Counted from the stretch's first letter, positions 36,313 to 46,015 are shown. The stretch: 64,000 nucleotides of DNA from Actinomycetota bacterium (GCA_004366205.1 SIRW01000090.1:17055-81054), one strand, 5' to 3'. Translations and numbers: made by a program. Notes: generated by a model from the letters alone, not told the origin.

Positions 36313-38112
36313 TCAGCGGTAGGCGGCCGCCTGGATGCGGTAGAGCTCGGCGTACCGACCGCCCCCGGCGAGGAGCTCGTCGTGCGTGCCGACCTCGACC
36401 ACGCGGGCGCCGTCCAGCACGACGATGAGATCGGCCATCCGAACGGTCGAGAACCGATGGGAGACGAGCACGGTGATCCGGCCGTTGGTCCCGGCCCCGG
36501 GATCGCGCCTGGCGGCGTCGGCGTAGCGCTCGAACAGGGCGTGCTCCGTCTCGGCGTCGAGCGCCGCGGTGGGCTCGTCGAGCACGAGGAGCAGCGGGGC
36601 GTCCCGCATGAAGCCGCGGGCCAGTGCGAGCTTCTGCCACTGACCGAACGACACCTCCACGCCGCCGGGCCACGTCGGACCGAGCTGCGTCGCCAGCCCG
36701 GCGGTCAGGCGCTCCACCACGTCGCCGGCGCCGGCCCGACCCACCGCCGTGACCACCGCCGGCTCGTCGTTCAGGCGGGGGATGTCGCCGACGCCGATCG
36801 TGTGGCGGGCGACGAGCTCGAAGCGGAAGAAGTCCTGGAAGGCGCCGGCGAGCCGGGCACGCCACTCGTCGGGACGGATCGAGCAAAGGTCGACACCGTC
36901 GACCGTGATCCGACCCCTGGTCGGGCGGTAGTACTGGCAGAGGAGCTTCACGAGCGTCGTCTTCCCCGCCCCGTTCTCACCGACGACGGCGACGACCGCG
37001 CCGGCGGGGAGGTGCAGGTCGACGTCCTCGAGCACGAGCCGGTCGGTGCCGGGATAGGCGAACGAGACGCCCTCGAGCTGGATGCCCTCGGTCAGCCGGT
37101 CCGGCGCGGGCTGATCGGCGTCGACGACGAGGCCGGCTGCGTAGTCCTCCAGCCAGGCGAGCCGCTTGGAGCCGTCGAGCCAGATTCCGCGCAGGAAGCC
37201 GACCTCGCCGACGGTGGCCGCGATGTAGGCGGACAGCCGGGCGCCGGCGGCGAGCACGAGGAGCACGGCACCGGGTGAGGCATCGTGCCCCGACGACACG
37301 AAGACGATGGCGCCGACGTAGGCCAGCCCGAACACGGTCCAGGCCACCGTGTGGGACACGGCGCTGCCCCACCGGGCGGCCGCCACCGGGGCGTACCAGC
37401 GCTCCCAGGCGGCGCGCCGGTCGGCGACGAGGCGCTCGCCGATGCCGGTGACGCGCACCTCCTTGCCGGGCGCGGCGGTCGTGGCGGTCTGGAACAGGTG
37501 CCGGGCGAGGCGCTCAGCCTGGGCGCCGCGCTCCTCGGCGGCCCGCTCGACACCCGGCCGCCAGGTGGAGGACAGCACCGTGGGCGCGGCGAACAGACCG
37601 AGCAGCGCCAGGGCGGGGTGGACCGACACCAGCAGACCGATGGTCACGCTCAGACGCAGGATCCAGCCCGCGGTGGTGAACAGCGACATGTACAGGTGGT
37701 CGAGCACGAAGACCTGGTCGCGCAACACGGCAAGCCGGTCCAAGTGGTCCGGCCGCTCGTGGTGCTCGATGCTCGACACCGACGCCTGCAGCCGGGCGAC
37801 GTGCGACTCGAGCGCGATGGTCACCCGGTCGCGGAAGCGCCGCTGCGTGCGGTCGCTCATCACCCGCAGGAACCACGTCGCGGTGGCCGAGACCCCCAGG
37901 CCCAGGGCGGCCACGTGGACCATCGTGCGGTTCGCCTCGAGCACCCCGTCGGCGAGGAGCATCAGCCACAGGGCCAGCAGGGCGTCAGGCAAGGCGGCGA
38001 GCAGCGACAGGCCGAACGCCACGACGAGCAGGCGGGGCTCGGCCTCGTAGCCCCGCTTGACCATCCGCCACATGGCGGGGATCGCCGGGGGTAGGTCGTC
38101 AGTCGAGGACAT
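36313..38112 (-). CDS. ABC exporter TMD-NBD half-transporter
   Basis: GENGAGKT, degenerate signature VSFGQ, LDEPT and SHR. Confidence 0.9.
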   Translation of the reverse strand: MSSTDDLPPAIPAMWRMVKRGYEAEPRLLVVAFGLSLLAALPDALLALWLMLLADGVLEANRTMVHVAALGLGVSATATWFLRVMSDRTQRRFRDRVTIALESHVARLQASVSSIEHHERPDHLDRLAVLRDQVFVLDHLYMSLFTTAGWILRLSVTIGLLVSVHPALALLGLFAAPTVLSSTWRPGVERAAEERGAQAERLARHLFQTATTAAPGKEVRVTGIGERLVADRRAAWERWYAPVAAARWGSAVSHTVAWTVFGLAYVGAIVFVSSGHDASPGAVLLVLAAGARLSAYIAATVGEVGFLRGIWLDGSKRLAWLEDYAAGLVVDADQPAPDRLTEGIQLEGVSFAYPGTDRLVLEDVDLHLPAGAVVAVVGENGAGKTTLVKLLCQYYRPTRGRITVDGVDLCSIRPDEWRARLAGAFQDFFRFELVARHTIGVGDIPRLNDEPAVVTAVGRAGAGDVVERLTAGLATQLGPTWPGGVEVSFGQWQKLALARGFMRDAPLLLVLDEPTAALDAETEHALFERYADAARRDPGAGTNGRITVLVSHRFSTVRMADLIVVLDGARVVEVGTHDELLAGGGRYAELYRIQAAAYR

Positions 38113-39913
38113 CGAGCGCCACCTCCCCCGCCGGTTCGGCCTCGCCGCCGAAGCGGCTGGCCTGCAGGTCGAACATCGTGCGGTAGCGGCCGCCGCGCGC
38201 CAGCAGCTCGGCATGGGTGCCCAGCTCGACGACCCGACCGCCCTCGAGCACGCAGATGCGATCGGCGTGGCGCACGGTCGAGAACCGGTGCGAGATCAAG
38301 ATGGTGGTGGCGTGGCGCGTGGCGGCGAGGATGCGGTCGAAGATCTCGGCTTCACCCCGCACGTCGAGCTGGGCCGTCGGTTCGTCGAGGATCACCAGGC
38401 GCGCGCCTTGGCGCACGGCGCACAGCGCCCGGGCCAGCGCCACTCGCTGCCACTGCCCGCCGGACAGGTCCGTGCCGCCGCTGTAGCCGCGCGCGAGCAC
38501 GGTGCCGAGGTCGGCGAGACCGGCCGCTCCCGCCTCCTCCAGCGCGGCGAGCACCACGTCGTCCGGGGCCCCCGCCGGAGCAACGTTGTCGCGCAGGGGG
38601 AGCTCGAATCGGATGAAGTCCTGGAACACGGCCGCCTCCTGCCGCCGCCACGACGTCAGATCGAGCTCGCGCAGGTCGACCCCGTCGACCTCGATGCTGC
38701 CGGCCTGCGGGTCGTAGAGGCGGCACAGCAGCTTGGCGAGGGTGGTCTTGCCGGCGCCGTTCACCCCGACGATGGCCAGGCTCGAACCGGCGGGAACCTC
38801 GAGGTCGAGGCCGTCGAGGACGACCTCGCCCGTGGTCGGGTAGGCGAAGGTGACGTCGCGGAAGCGCACCGACCCGGCCGGCATGCCCGTCGCCGGGACC
38901 GGCGTGGCGGGCGCCGGCGCCAGCGCCCCGATCGGCGCCATCGACTCCCGCAACCGCAGGACCGCCGCGGCCGGTGCCGACGCGCCGTCGAGCGCCCACG
39001 ACAAGCCGCCGAAGGCGATCATGGACGTGCCCACCGCCACCTGGGCGTACACGACCACCTGCCCGAGGTCGAGGCGGCCGTCAAGCGCGGCCGCAGCCAG
39101 CGACCAGAACACCACGACGTTGGCGACGGTCACCAGCAGGACGCTGCCGAGCACCGGCCGCTCGCGCAGCCGGGTGGCCTCCCACTGCAGGTCGAAGAGG
39201 CGACGCCGCCGGTCGACGAAGCGCTCGAGCGTCCAGTCCGCCAGCCCGAACAGCCGCAGCTCCTTCGCCGCCGGCGGGTCGACGGCGAGGCGGTAGGCGT
39301 ACTCGGCGTGGCGCTGCGCCTCGCGCACAGGGTCGGTGTTGCGGTCCTTCCACACGCCGCTCTCCCGCAGCAGCCAGTGCGTCGCCAGCCACGCCCCCGC
39401 CAGCACCAGCGGCGCCCACCAGGCGTAGGTGGCGAGCACGATCGCCGCGCCCACGCCGCCGAGGAACTCGACCAGGCCCGAGGCGATGAAGTCCATCGAG
39501 ATCGACAGGGGCGGGCCGGCGTGGCCGAGGTCGAAGTCCCTGGCCATGGTCAGATCGTTCGTGAGCTCGGGGTCCTCGAGGTGCCCCATGCCCGGCGGCT
39601 CGACGCAGGTCGTGGTCAGCTCGTCGTACAGCCAGGCTGCGGTGCGGCTCCCGAGGTTGGCGCCGACCGCCTGGTGCAGGGGCGACAGGACCTGCAGCAG
39701 CACGAACACCACGCCGACCAAAGCGAGCGGCCCGCGCAGGCCCGCACCCTGCTGGACCGCACCCACGAGCACCCCCATGGCCACGGCGAACAGCGCGGGA
39801 AGCGCGCCCCGAGCCACCAGGATGGACCACCACGCCACGGTGAGGCCGGGCGCCGCCTTCGGCAGCACGCCGAAGAACCGCCACTCGTTGCGCGCCCGCA
39901 GCCTGTCGATCAC
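38099..39913 (-). CDS. ABC exporter TMD-NBD half-transporter
   Basis: GVNGAGKT, LSGGQ, LDEPT and SHR. Confidence 0.9.
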   Translation of the reverse strand: MIDRLRARNEWRFFGVLPKAAPGLTVAWWSILVARGALPALFAVAMGVLVGAVQQGAGLRGPLALVGVVFVLLQVLSPLHQAVGANLGSRTAAWLYDELTTTCVEPPGMGHLEDPELTNDLTMARDFDLGHAGPPLSISMDFIASGLVEFLGGVGAAIVLATYAWWAPLVLAGAWLATHWLLRESGVWKDRNTDPVREAQRHAEYAYRLAVDPPAAKELRLFGLADWTLERFVDRRRRLFDLQWEATRLRERPVLGSVLLVTVANVVVFWSLAAAALDGRLDLGQVVVYAQVAVGTSMIAFGGLSWALDGASAPAAAVLRLRESMAPIGALAPAPATPVPATGMPAGSVRFRDVTFAYPTTGEVVLDGLDLEVPAGSSLAIVGVNGAGKTTLAKLLCRLYDPQAGSIEVDGVDLRELDLTSWRRQEAAVFQDFIRFELPLRDNVAPAGAPDDVVLAALEEAGAAGLADLGTVLARGYSGGTDLSGGQWQRVALARALCAVRQGARLVILDEPTAQLDVRGEAEIFDRILAATRHATTILISHRFSTVRHADRICVLEGGRVVELGTHAELLARGGRYRTMFDLQASRFGGEAEPAGEVALDVLD

Positions 39914-39946
39914 GCCCCGCTCCTCCGTCCGGGTGCCCCGCCCCCG

Positions 39947-40324
39947 TCAGCCGTCTCGGCGATCGAGGAGCGTGATGCAGCTGGGCCGCGCCGGGTCACC
40001 ACCGGCGAGCCGGTGCCGCACGGCGCGGACGGGTTCGACGATCACGCGGGCGGCGTCGCCGCGGCCGGCCACCTCGGCGGGGCCGTCGACGATCAGGCAG
40101 TAGTCCTCGACGGGGCCGGGCCACAGCAGGCTGACCGAGGACCGGGCAGCCACGTTCGCCGCGGTCGTCCGCCCCGCGGGGGCGACGAGCGTCCCACCCT
40201 CGAGGGTCACGGGCACCGACACGACGTGCGGCGTCCCGGTGTCGCCGACGGTGACCAGGAAGGCGGCTGCGCCGTAGCGGGCCAGCGCCGCCTGCAGATC
40301 CCGTAGCTCCACCTCGTCGCTCAT
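39947..40324 (-). CDS. Pyridoxamine 5'-phosphate oxidase-like split-barrel protein
   Basis: FLVTV..GTPH..N...VSLLW..LIVDG pattern. Confidence 0.75.
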   Translation of the reverse strand: MSDEVELRDLQAALARYGAAAFLVTVGDTGTPHVVSVPVTLEGGTLVAPAGRTTAANVAARSSVSLLWPGPVEDYCLIVDGPAEVAGRGDAARVIVEPVRAVRHRLAGGDPARPSCITLLDRRDG

Positions 40325-40466
40325 CGTCGGGATGCTACGTCGCCGGCACGCGGGCGAGCCGGTCCCCGGGGCGAACCGGGCGGCGCGTCAGCGAACGGCG
40401 GTCCAGCGTCGAGCACCCGGCCCGCCCGCTCGACGCCCGGCCCGCCGCCCGGCAGGATGGACCGCC

Positions 40467-40883
40467 ATGGTCGATCACCCGTCGACACCTGCCACCGGCG
40501 CGCTGACCCGGCCGGACCACGAGGCCAGCGTCGTCGTGGGCGCGCCGCCGGCGAAGGTCTGGTCGATGGTCGCCGAGGTCACCCGGATGGGCGAGTGGAG
40601 CCCGGTGTGCCACCGCTGCGAGTGGGTGGGTGAGCCCGCCGCACCCGAGGTCGGGGCCCGGTTCCGCGGCCACAACCGCATGAACGGCGTCCGCTGGTCC
40701 CGCGAGTGCGTGGTCACCGAGTCGTACCAGGTCGTGTCCATACCCACCTGGCTTCGCGTCCTGCGCGCGGTGCCCAGCGTGAAGGCCAAGAGCGAGCGGG
40801 ACGCGCGCGCCAACATCGGCCACACGCTCGAGCCGCTCGCGGAGGCCGCCGGTGGAGCGCCGGCAGCCGAGGCAGGCCGCTGA
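40467..40883 (+). CDS. SRPBCC family protein, apparently internally deleted
   Basis: VW..V..VTRMGEWSP..GARFRGHN..W; the central segment appears missing at VVTE|SY. Confidence 0.7.
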   Translation: MVDHPSTPATGALTRPDHEASVVVGAPPAKVWSMVAEVTRMGEWSPVCHRCEWVGEPAAPEVGARFRGHNRMNGVRWSRECVVTESYQVVSIPTWLRVLRAVPSVKAKSERDARANIGHTLEPLAEAAGGAPAAEAGR

Positions 40884-41737
40884 TGCCGGTGCGGCTGGTC
40901 AACCGGGCGGGTCGCGCGGGCCTGCTGCTCGGCGAGGGCGTCGCCGACCTCGAGCGGGCGTCCGGCGGCGCCCTACCGGCCGATCCCATGGCGGCGCTCG
41001 CCCACTGGGACGACGTGGCGGCGTTCGCCGCTCACGCGGACCAGGGCGCAGCGGAGGACGACCTCGACCCGCGGGAGCTGGGTCCGTGCGTACCGCGGCC
41101 CGCGAAGGTCTTCGCCGTCGCCCTCAACTACCGCACGCACGCCGAGGAGACGGGCATGGCGCTCCCCGAGCAGCCCTCGGTGTTCACCAAGTTCCCGAGC
41201 TGCCTCACCGGGCCGGCGGCCGAGGTCCGCCTGCCGTCGGCGTTCGTCGACTGGGAGGTCGAGCTCGTGGTCGTCGTCGGCCGGGGCGGCAGCCGCATCC
41301 CCGAGGGCCGTGCCCTCGACCACGTGGCCGGGTTCTGCGTGGGCCAGGACTTCTCCGAGCGGCGCCTGCAGATGGCGGGTGACCGCCCCCAGTTCAGCCT
41401 GGCCAAGTCGTACGACACGTTCGGGCCCATCGGGCCTGCGGTGGTGTCGCTCGACGCCCTCGCCGACCCGGGCGACCTCGCCATCCGCTGCGAGGTGGAC
41501 GGCGAGGTCGTGCAGGACAGCCGCACGAGCGACCTGATCTTCCCGGTGCCCGAGCTGGTGAGCTACCTGTCGGGCGTCTGCACGCTCGAGCCCGGCGACC
41601 TGATCTTCACCGGCACGCCGTCGGGGGTGGGGGTCGCCCGCCGCCCACCGCGCTTTCTCGAACCGGGTCAGACCGTCGTCAGCACCATCGAGGGGCTCGG
41701 CACGTTGACGAACCGCACGGTCGCTCGCGACGGCTGA
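40883..41737 (+). CDS. Fumarylacetoacetate hydrolase family protein
   Basis: LNY..H, FTK, DWEVEL, QDFSER, KSYDTFGP and TGTP.GVG motifs. Confidence 0.92.
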   Translation: MPVRLVNRAGRAGLLLGEGVADLERASGGALPADPMAALAHWDDVAAFAAHADQGAAEDDLDPRELGPCVPRPAKVFAVALNYRTHAEETGMALPEQPSVFTKFPSCLTGPAAEVRLPSAFVDWEVELVVVVGRGGSRIPEGRALDHVAGFCVGQDFSERRLQMAGDRPQFSLAKSYDTFGPIGPAVVSLDALADPGDLAIRCEVDGEVVQDSRTSDLIFPVPELVSYLSGVCTLEPGDLIFTGTPSGVGVARRPPRFLEPGQTVVSTIEGLGTLTNRTVARDG

Positions 41738-41793
41738 CCGCCGGAGCGAAACCGGTCCTCCAGGACCGGCGCTCGACCCCTACAGTCGCCGCC

Positions 41794-42966
41794 GTGATCA
41801 CGATCGAGGAGTTGCGCCCCGGCGACGAGGAGGCCGCGCACCGGCTCGGCCAGCAGGCCTTCAACGCCACCGACCCCTACGACCCTGCCCGGCCCCGCAT
41901 CGCGCCGGAGCGCCACCTCGCCGCGTACCTCGACGGCGCCATCGTCGGTCAGACGCGCCGCCACGAGTTCGGCCAGTACTTCGGCGGACGCCGCTTGGCA
42001 TGCGCCGGGATCTCCGGCGTTGCCGTCGCGCCCGAGGCCCGCAACCGCAACCTGGCCCGCCGCCTGGTGACCGAGTCGCTCGAGCGCGCCGCCGGCGACG
42101 GCGAGGTGATCGCCGCCCTCTACCCCACCACTGCCGCCCTGTACCGCAGCGTGGGGTTCGAGGTGGCCGGCTGGTGGACGGAGCGAGGCGTGCCCATCGG
42201 CGAGCTCCCGCGCGATGACGGCACGGTCACGTGGGCGCGGGCCGAGCTCGACGACGAGCGACCGGTCGCCCTCTACGACCGCATGGCCCCCGACCACGAC
42301 GGCTGGATCGACCCCCCCGCCGACTTCTGGCGGTGGCGGGCCCTGCACGCCCGGCAGGACACCAAGACGAACCGCTACCTCTACGTCGGGGAGCGAGACG
42401 GCGAAGCCGTGGCCTCGGTGCAGTACGCCTACGGCCGCTCGGAGCGGGCCATGTACCGCATCGACGTCGAGCACGTGCACGCCGTCGACGGCCACGCCCT
42501 GCGCGCCGGGCTGGCCCTCCTCGGCGCCCACGGCACCACGGCCGACGAGATCCGCACCACGCTGCCGGTCGACGTGCTCGAGCTGCACGTGGCCCACGCC
42601 CAGCGCACGTCGGTGCACTCCACCTGGCCGTGGATGCTCGCCTTCGTCGACCTCCCCGGGGCCATCGCCGCCCGGGGCTACCCCGCCGGGGTGAGCGGCG
42701 CGGTGCCCCTGGCCGTCGACGATCCGCACCGCCCCGCCAACAGCGGCGACTGGGTGTTCTCGGTCGCCGACGGTCATGGAACGCTCGAACGGGGCGGGGA
42801 CGGCCGGGTGGCGGTCACGAGCACCGACCTGGCGTCGGTGTTCAGCGGTCACCGCGACCCGCTCCGCCTCGCTCGCGCCGGCCGCCTCGGTCACCCCACG
42901 GAGGCCGACCTCGGCGTGCTGCGGGCCGCCTTCGCCGGGCAGCCTTCGCTCACGATCTTCTTCTAG
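41794..42966 (+). CDS. Eis-like GNAT acetyltransferase (GNAT-GNAT-SCP2)
   Basis: GISGVAV.PEAR, LYP...LYR..GF; C-terminal SCP2-like domain ending in F. Confidence 0.85.
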   Translation: MITIEELRPGDEEAAHRLGQQAFNATDPYDPARPRIAPERHLAAYLDGAIVGQTRRHEFGQYFGGRRLACAGISGVAVAPEARNRNLARRLVTESLERAAGDGEVIAALYPTTAALYRSVGFEVAGWWTERGVPIGELPRDDGTVTWARAELDDERPVALYDRMAPDHDGWIDPPADFWRWRALHARQDTKTNRYLYVGERDGEAVASVQYAYGRSERAMYRIDVEHVHAVDGHALRAGLALLGAHGTTADEIRTTLPVDVLELHVAHAQRTSVHSTWPWMLAFVDLPGAIAARGYPAGVSGAVPLAVDDPHRPANSGDWVFSVADGHGTLERGGDGRVAVTSTDLASVFSGHRDPLRLARAGRLGHPTEADLGVLRAAFAGQPSLTIFF

Positions 42967-43026
42967 GCGCCGCCGGGCTGCCGCCATCCCGGCCGCCCGT
43001 CCCCGCGGGTGGGGCCCAGCTGCCGA

Positions 43027-43146
43027 CTTTCCGGACCGTCGACGTCGCATGTCGACGGGCAGCGTCCGGTAAGCGTGGCGCCCGCTCGCCGTCGGCCTAT
43101 TTTCGGGACGCTCGACGTGCCATGCGGTTGCCGAGCGCCCGGAAAG
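43027..43146. repeat. Two diverged 47-bp palindromic units between convergent genes
   Basis: ctttccggac..gtccggtaag (43027-43073) and ttttcgggac..gcccggaaag (43100-43146) align without gaps. Confidence 0.6.
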
Positions 43147-43165
43147 TCACCGGCGCGCCGGCAGC

Positions 43166-44128
43166 TCAGCTGACGGCGGCGCGGCCGAAGGTTCGGCGGT
43201 AGGCCTGGGGGGAGGTGCGGACGACCCGCTGGAAGTGCTGGCGCAGGGTGGCGGCGGAGCCGAACCCGCACCGCTCGGCGATGCGCTCGACGGGCTCGTC
43301 GGTCGACTCGAGCATCCGTTGGGCCAGCAGGACGCGCTGGTGGAGGATCCATTGCAGCGGGGTCGTGCCGGTGGCAGCCCGGAAGCGGCGGGCGAACGTG
43401 CGGGGGCTCATCGCCGCCCGGTGGGCGAGGTCCTCGACGGTGAGCTGCTCGTGGAGGTTGGCCTGGAGCCACGAGAGCGTCTCGCTGAACAGGTCGGGGG
43501 CCGGCGGCGGCAGGGCGTGGTCGATGAACTGGGCCTGCCCACCGTCGCGGTGGGGAGGTACGACCATGCGCCGGGCCACGGCGTTGGCGATCTCGGCGCC
43601 GAAGTCGCTGCGCACGACGTGCAGGCACAAGTCGACGCTGGCAGCCGTGCCCGCCGAGGTCAGCACGTTGCCGTCCTCGACGTACAGGACGTCGGGGTCG
43701 AGGTCGACGCCCGGGTGCTCCGCCGCCAGGTCGGCGGCGTGCATCCAGTGGGTGGTGGCCCGGCGCCCCTCGAGCAGCCCGGCGCGGGCCAGCACGAAGG
43801 CCCCGGAGCACAACGACAGCACCCGGGCTCCCCGGCGGTGGGCGCGGCGTAGCTCGTCGAGCACGGCAGGCGGGCAGGCCCGGTCGTCGCCCGGCGCCAC
43901 GACGACGGTGTCGGCCCAGCGCAGCGACTCGGGGCCGTGGGGCGTGTCGATGACGATGCCTGGGGTGCTCGTCGGGACCGGGCGGTCCCCGACGCTCGCG
44001 ACCCGGAAGCGGTACCAGGGCACGCCGAGGTCGGATCGATCGATGCCGAAGACCTCGCACGCCACCGCCAGCTCGAAGATCGAGGTGTCCGGTGGCGCCA
44101 GGGCCACGACCCGGTGCCGAACAGGCAT
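43166..44128 (-). CDS. GlxA/AdpA-type regulator (DJ-1/PfpI + AraC HTH)
   Basis: CEVFG, SLCSGAF, ATTHW, TSAG, HRDGGQAQF and MSPRTFARRF motifs. Confidence 0.92.
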   Translation of the reverse strand: MPVRHRVVALAPPDTSIFELAVACEVFGIDRSDLGVPWYRFRVASVGDRPVPTSTPGIVIDTPHGPESLRWADTVVVAPGDDRACPPAVLDELRRAHRRGARVLSLCSGAFVLARAGLLEGRRATTHWMHAADLAAEHPGVDLDPDVLYVEDGNVLTSAGTAASVDLCLHVVRSDFGAEIANAVARRMVVPPHRDGGQAQFIDHALPPPAPDLFSETLSWLQANLHEQLTVEDLAHRAAMSPRTFARRFRAATGTTPLQWILHQRVLLAQRMLESTDEPVERIAERCGFGSAATLRQHFQRVVRTSPQAYRRTFGRAAVS

Positions 44129-44198
44129 GGCAGCATCATGACATACCGCAGTGATCCTGCCAATGGCAGGATCCTTTCGCCCAGGGTCTCTTCTGCCA
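44128..44198. promoter_or_regulatory. Two back-to-back inverted operator pairs, TGGCAG-N23-CTGCCA
   Basis: TGGCAGCATC 44128-37, GATCCTGCCA 44153-62, TGGCAGGATC 44164-73 and TCTTCTGCCA 44189-98. Confidence 0.7.
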
Positions 44199-44234
44199 CT
44201 CGTCGCCGCCGCCGGCACCTCGCAGGATGAGGCC

Positions 44235-44408
44235 ATGTTCACGGTCCACTGCGAGTCCCACGGTGCCACGGTCCTGCTGTGGCCCCGCAACATCGAGGCG
44301 ATCGACACGACCGCGGACGGCTTGAGCGTCCGCTGGCGGTGCCACTGCGGGCACCGCGGCACGTGGTGGCCGGCCCGTCCGGCCCCTGTCGCCGGAGCCG
44401 TCTCATGA
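44235..44408 (+). CDS. Small putative zinc-ribbon protein (57 aa)
   Basis: C-x2-H near the N-terminus and CHCGH near the C-terminus; GAGG RBS. Confidence 0.7.
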   Translation: MFTVHCESHGATVLLWPRNIEAIDTTADGLSVRWRCHCGHRGTWWPARPAPVAGAVS

Positions 44409-44536
44409 CCGTGCACCCGCTGCAACAGGAGGCCATCGCGCGCTCCCGCTCCATCGGCGGCGCCGGGACCGACCGACCGAGGCCGGCCTCCCGAATCCGC
44501 CGGGTGATCCGGCGAGTCCTCGGCGGCGGGCGCCGG

Positions 44537-45112
44537 TCAGCCGGTGCGGCGGAAGCGCGCCGTGTACTCCCAGCGGAAGCCGCGCCGGTCGACGTACGCG
44601 AAGCCGCGCCGTTCGACGTCCCTGCGCAGGTCACTCAGGGCGATGAAGTCGCTGTCGCGCCGGGTCTCGGCGAAGAGGACCACGCCGCCGGCCCGGATGA
44701 CGCGCCCCAGCTCGTCCAGGCAGCCGCCCGGGTCGGGGATCTCACCGAGCACCGCCACCACCAGGGCAGCATCGAAGCTCGCTGAGGCGAAGGGCAGGCG
44801 CGCCCCATCCCCCTGCACGAAGCCCACGTTGCGGGCTGGTACGAGGCGGCGGCGCGCCATCGCCAGCATCTCGACCTGGACGTCGAGGAGCGTCACGTGA
44901 CCTGACGGGACCGCTCGGGCCAGCTCGGTGCTGAAGTAGCCGGGGCCGGGACCGATCTCGAGCACACGGGTGGCGCCGGCGAGGTCCAGTCGGGCCACGG
45001 TGCGGCGGGGCGACTGGATCAGCCGGCGCAGCGGGTTCAGGAGCGAGCGGGCCTTCGCCGCGGGGAACACCTTCCCCCGCCCGACACCGAGCTCCCTCGC
45101 CCCGGCCTCCAC
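44537..45112 (-). CDS. Class I SAM-dependent methyltransferase
   Basis: VLEIGPGPG, LDVQ.EML, GDG..LPF..SFD and VLGEIPD motifs; start uncertain. Confidence 0.88.
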   Translation of the reverse strand: MEAGARELGVGRGKVFPAAKARSLLNPLRRLIQSPRRTVARLDLAGATRVLEIGPGPGYFSTELARAVPSGHVTLLDVQVEMLAMARRRLVPARNVGFVQGDGARLPFASASFDAALVVAVLGEIPDPGGCLDELGRVIRAGGVVLFAETRRDSDFIALSDLRRDVERRGFAYVDRRGFRWEYTARFRRTG

Positions 45113-45167
45113 GCTCGACACCCTGCCACGGCGCGCCGGCGCTCGGGGGCTTCGCGATACTGCCGCC

Positions 45168-45357
45168 GTGACCGCGACCCCGCACGCCCGGGCGCACCCC
45201 GAGGTGGAGGCCTTCCTCGGCTGGGTGCGGGCGCGCCACGGCGACGACGTCGCGCTGGCCGAACCGGCTACGTCGCGCGAAGAGGGCTTCGACAGCACGA
45301 TCCACCTGGTGCAGCTACGCGGCTCGTCGCTGCCCGCCGCGTGGCGACGGCCGCTGG
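45168..45357 (+). pseudogene. 5' fragment of a probable phosphotransferase (APH-like) gene
   Basis: GATACT -10 is 6 nt before GTG; ..EEGFDSTIHLVQL..WRRPL resembles an APH N-lobe start; coding sense is lost at the repeat at 45348. Confidence 0.5.
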
Positions 45358-45411
45358 CTCGGCGTGACCCACCAGCGGGTGAGTGCCCTGCTGCGGAGTG
45401 GCCGCCGCCCG
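45348..45411. repeat. Inverted copy of 51101-51164 (3' end of the HTH gene)
   Basis: 51 bp exact (45348-45398 vs 51114-51164), extending to 64 bp with 2 mismatches. Confidence 0.9.
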
Positions 45412-45430
45412 GCGGGAGGAAGCGTGAGCG

Positions 45431-46015
45431 TCACTCGTTGGCGGTATGGGCGCGCCGCAGCCACTCGACGACGGTGCCGTCGACGTCATCGGGCTCCTCG
45501 AGCGGGATGCGCAGGTTGATCGTGTCGTTCCCGAGGTTCTTCGCCGGCTGGAGCGGTCCTTCTGGCGCCTGCCCGTCGATGCGTAGCCCGAGATCGACCC
45601 GCTTCTTCGTGGTCGGGCGGACGACGGCGAACTGGCGGCGCGCTGTGGAGAGGCCGACGTAGGTCTTGCGGGCCTGCACCTGCGTGCCGGGCAGCGTCAC
45701 CGCCTCGGCCAGAACTCGTTCGAGCACGGCCCGGAGCTGGGGCCGGTCCTCGTACTGCGCGGCGATGAGCTCCTCGGCGCTGGCGATGAGGAACTCGGGG
45801 TAGCCGAACCGCTCCCACACCAGCAGCGTCTGGGGGTAGCCCGTGACGCCCTGGTGCTCGAGCCAGGCGCGCAGCTCGGCTTCGCTCGAGGCGCCCGATC
45901 CGCGGACGCGATCGTTCCACTGCCTGAGGTGCTGGCCGGTGCGCCGCTCGAGCAGCTCAGCCGTCCGTTGGGCGAACTCCCGCCAGCTCTCCCGGTCACC
46001 CTGCGTGCCGGCCAT
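45431..46015 (-). CDS. DUF4287/DUF5655-like protein
   Basis: LERRTG..W, WL..GVTGY, RKTYV, FAVV.PTT..RVDLGL and WLRRA motifs; GGAGG RBS. Confidence 0.7.
   Translation of the reverse strand: MAGTQGDRESWREFAQRTAELLERRTGQHLRQWNDRVRGSGASSEAELRAWLEHQGVTGYPQTLLVWERFGYPEFLIASAEELIAAQYEDRPQLRAVLERVLAEAVTLPGTQVQARKTYVGLSTARRQFAVVRPTTKKRVDLGLRIDGQAPEGPLQPAKNLGNDTINLRIPLEEPDDVDGTVVEWLRRAHTANE

Noticed and set aside
36313-39913. RiPP or antibiotic biosynthetic cluster around the heterodimeric ABC exporter
   Set aside because: No precursor or tailoring cluster; one degenerate ABC signature is normal for heterodimers
44405-44785. Second CDS downstream of the zinc-ribbon gene
   Set aside because: ATGA coupling is suggestive, but the frame overlaps the methyltransferase by about 250 bp, so it is not listed as a feature
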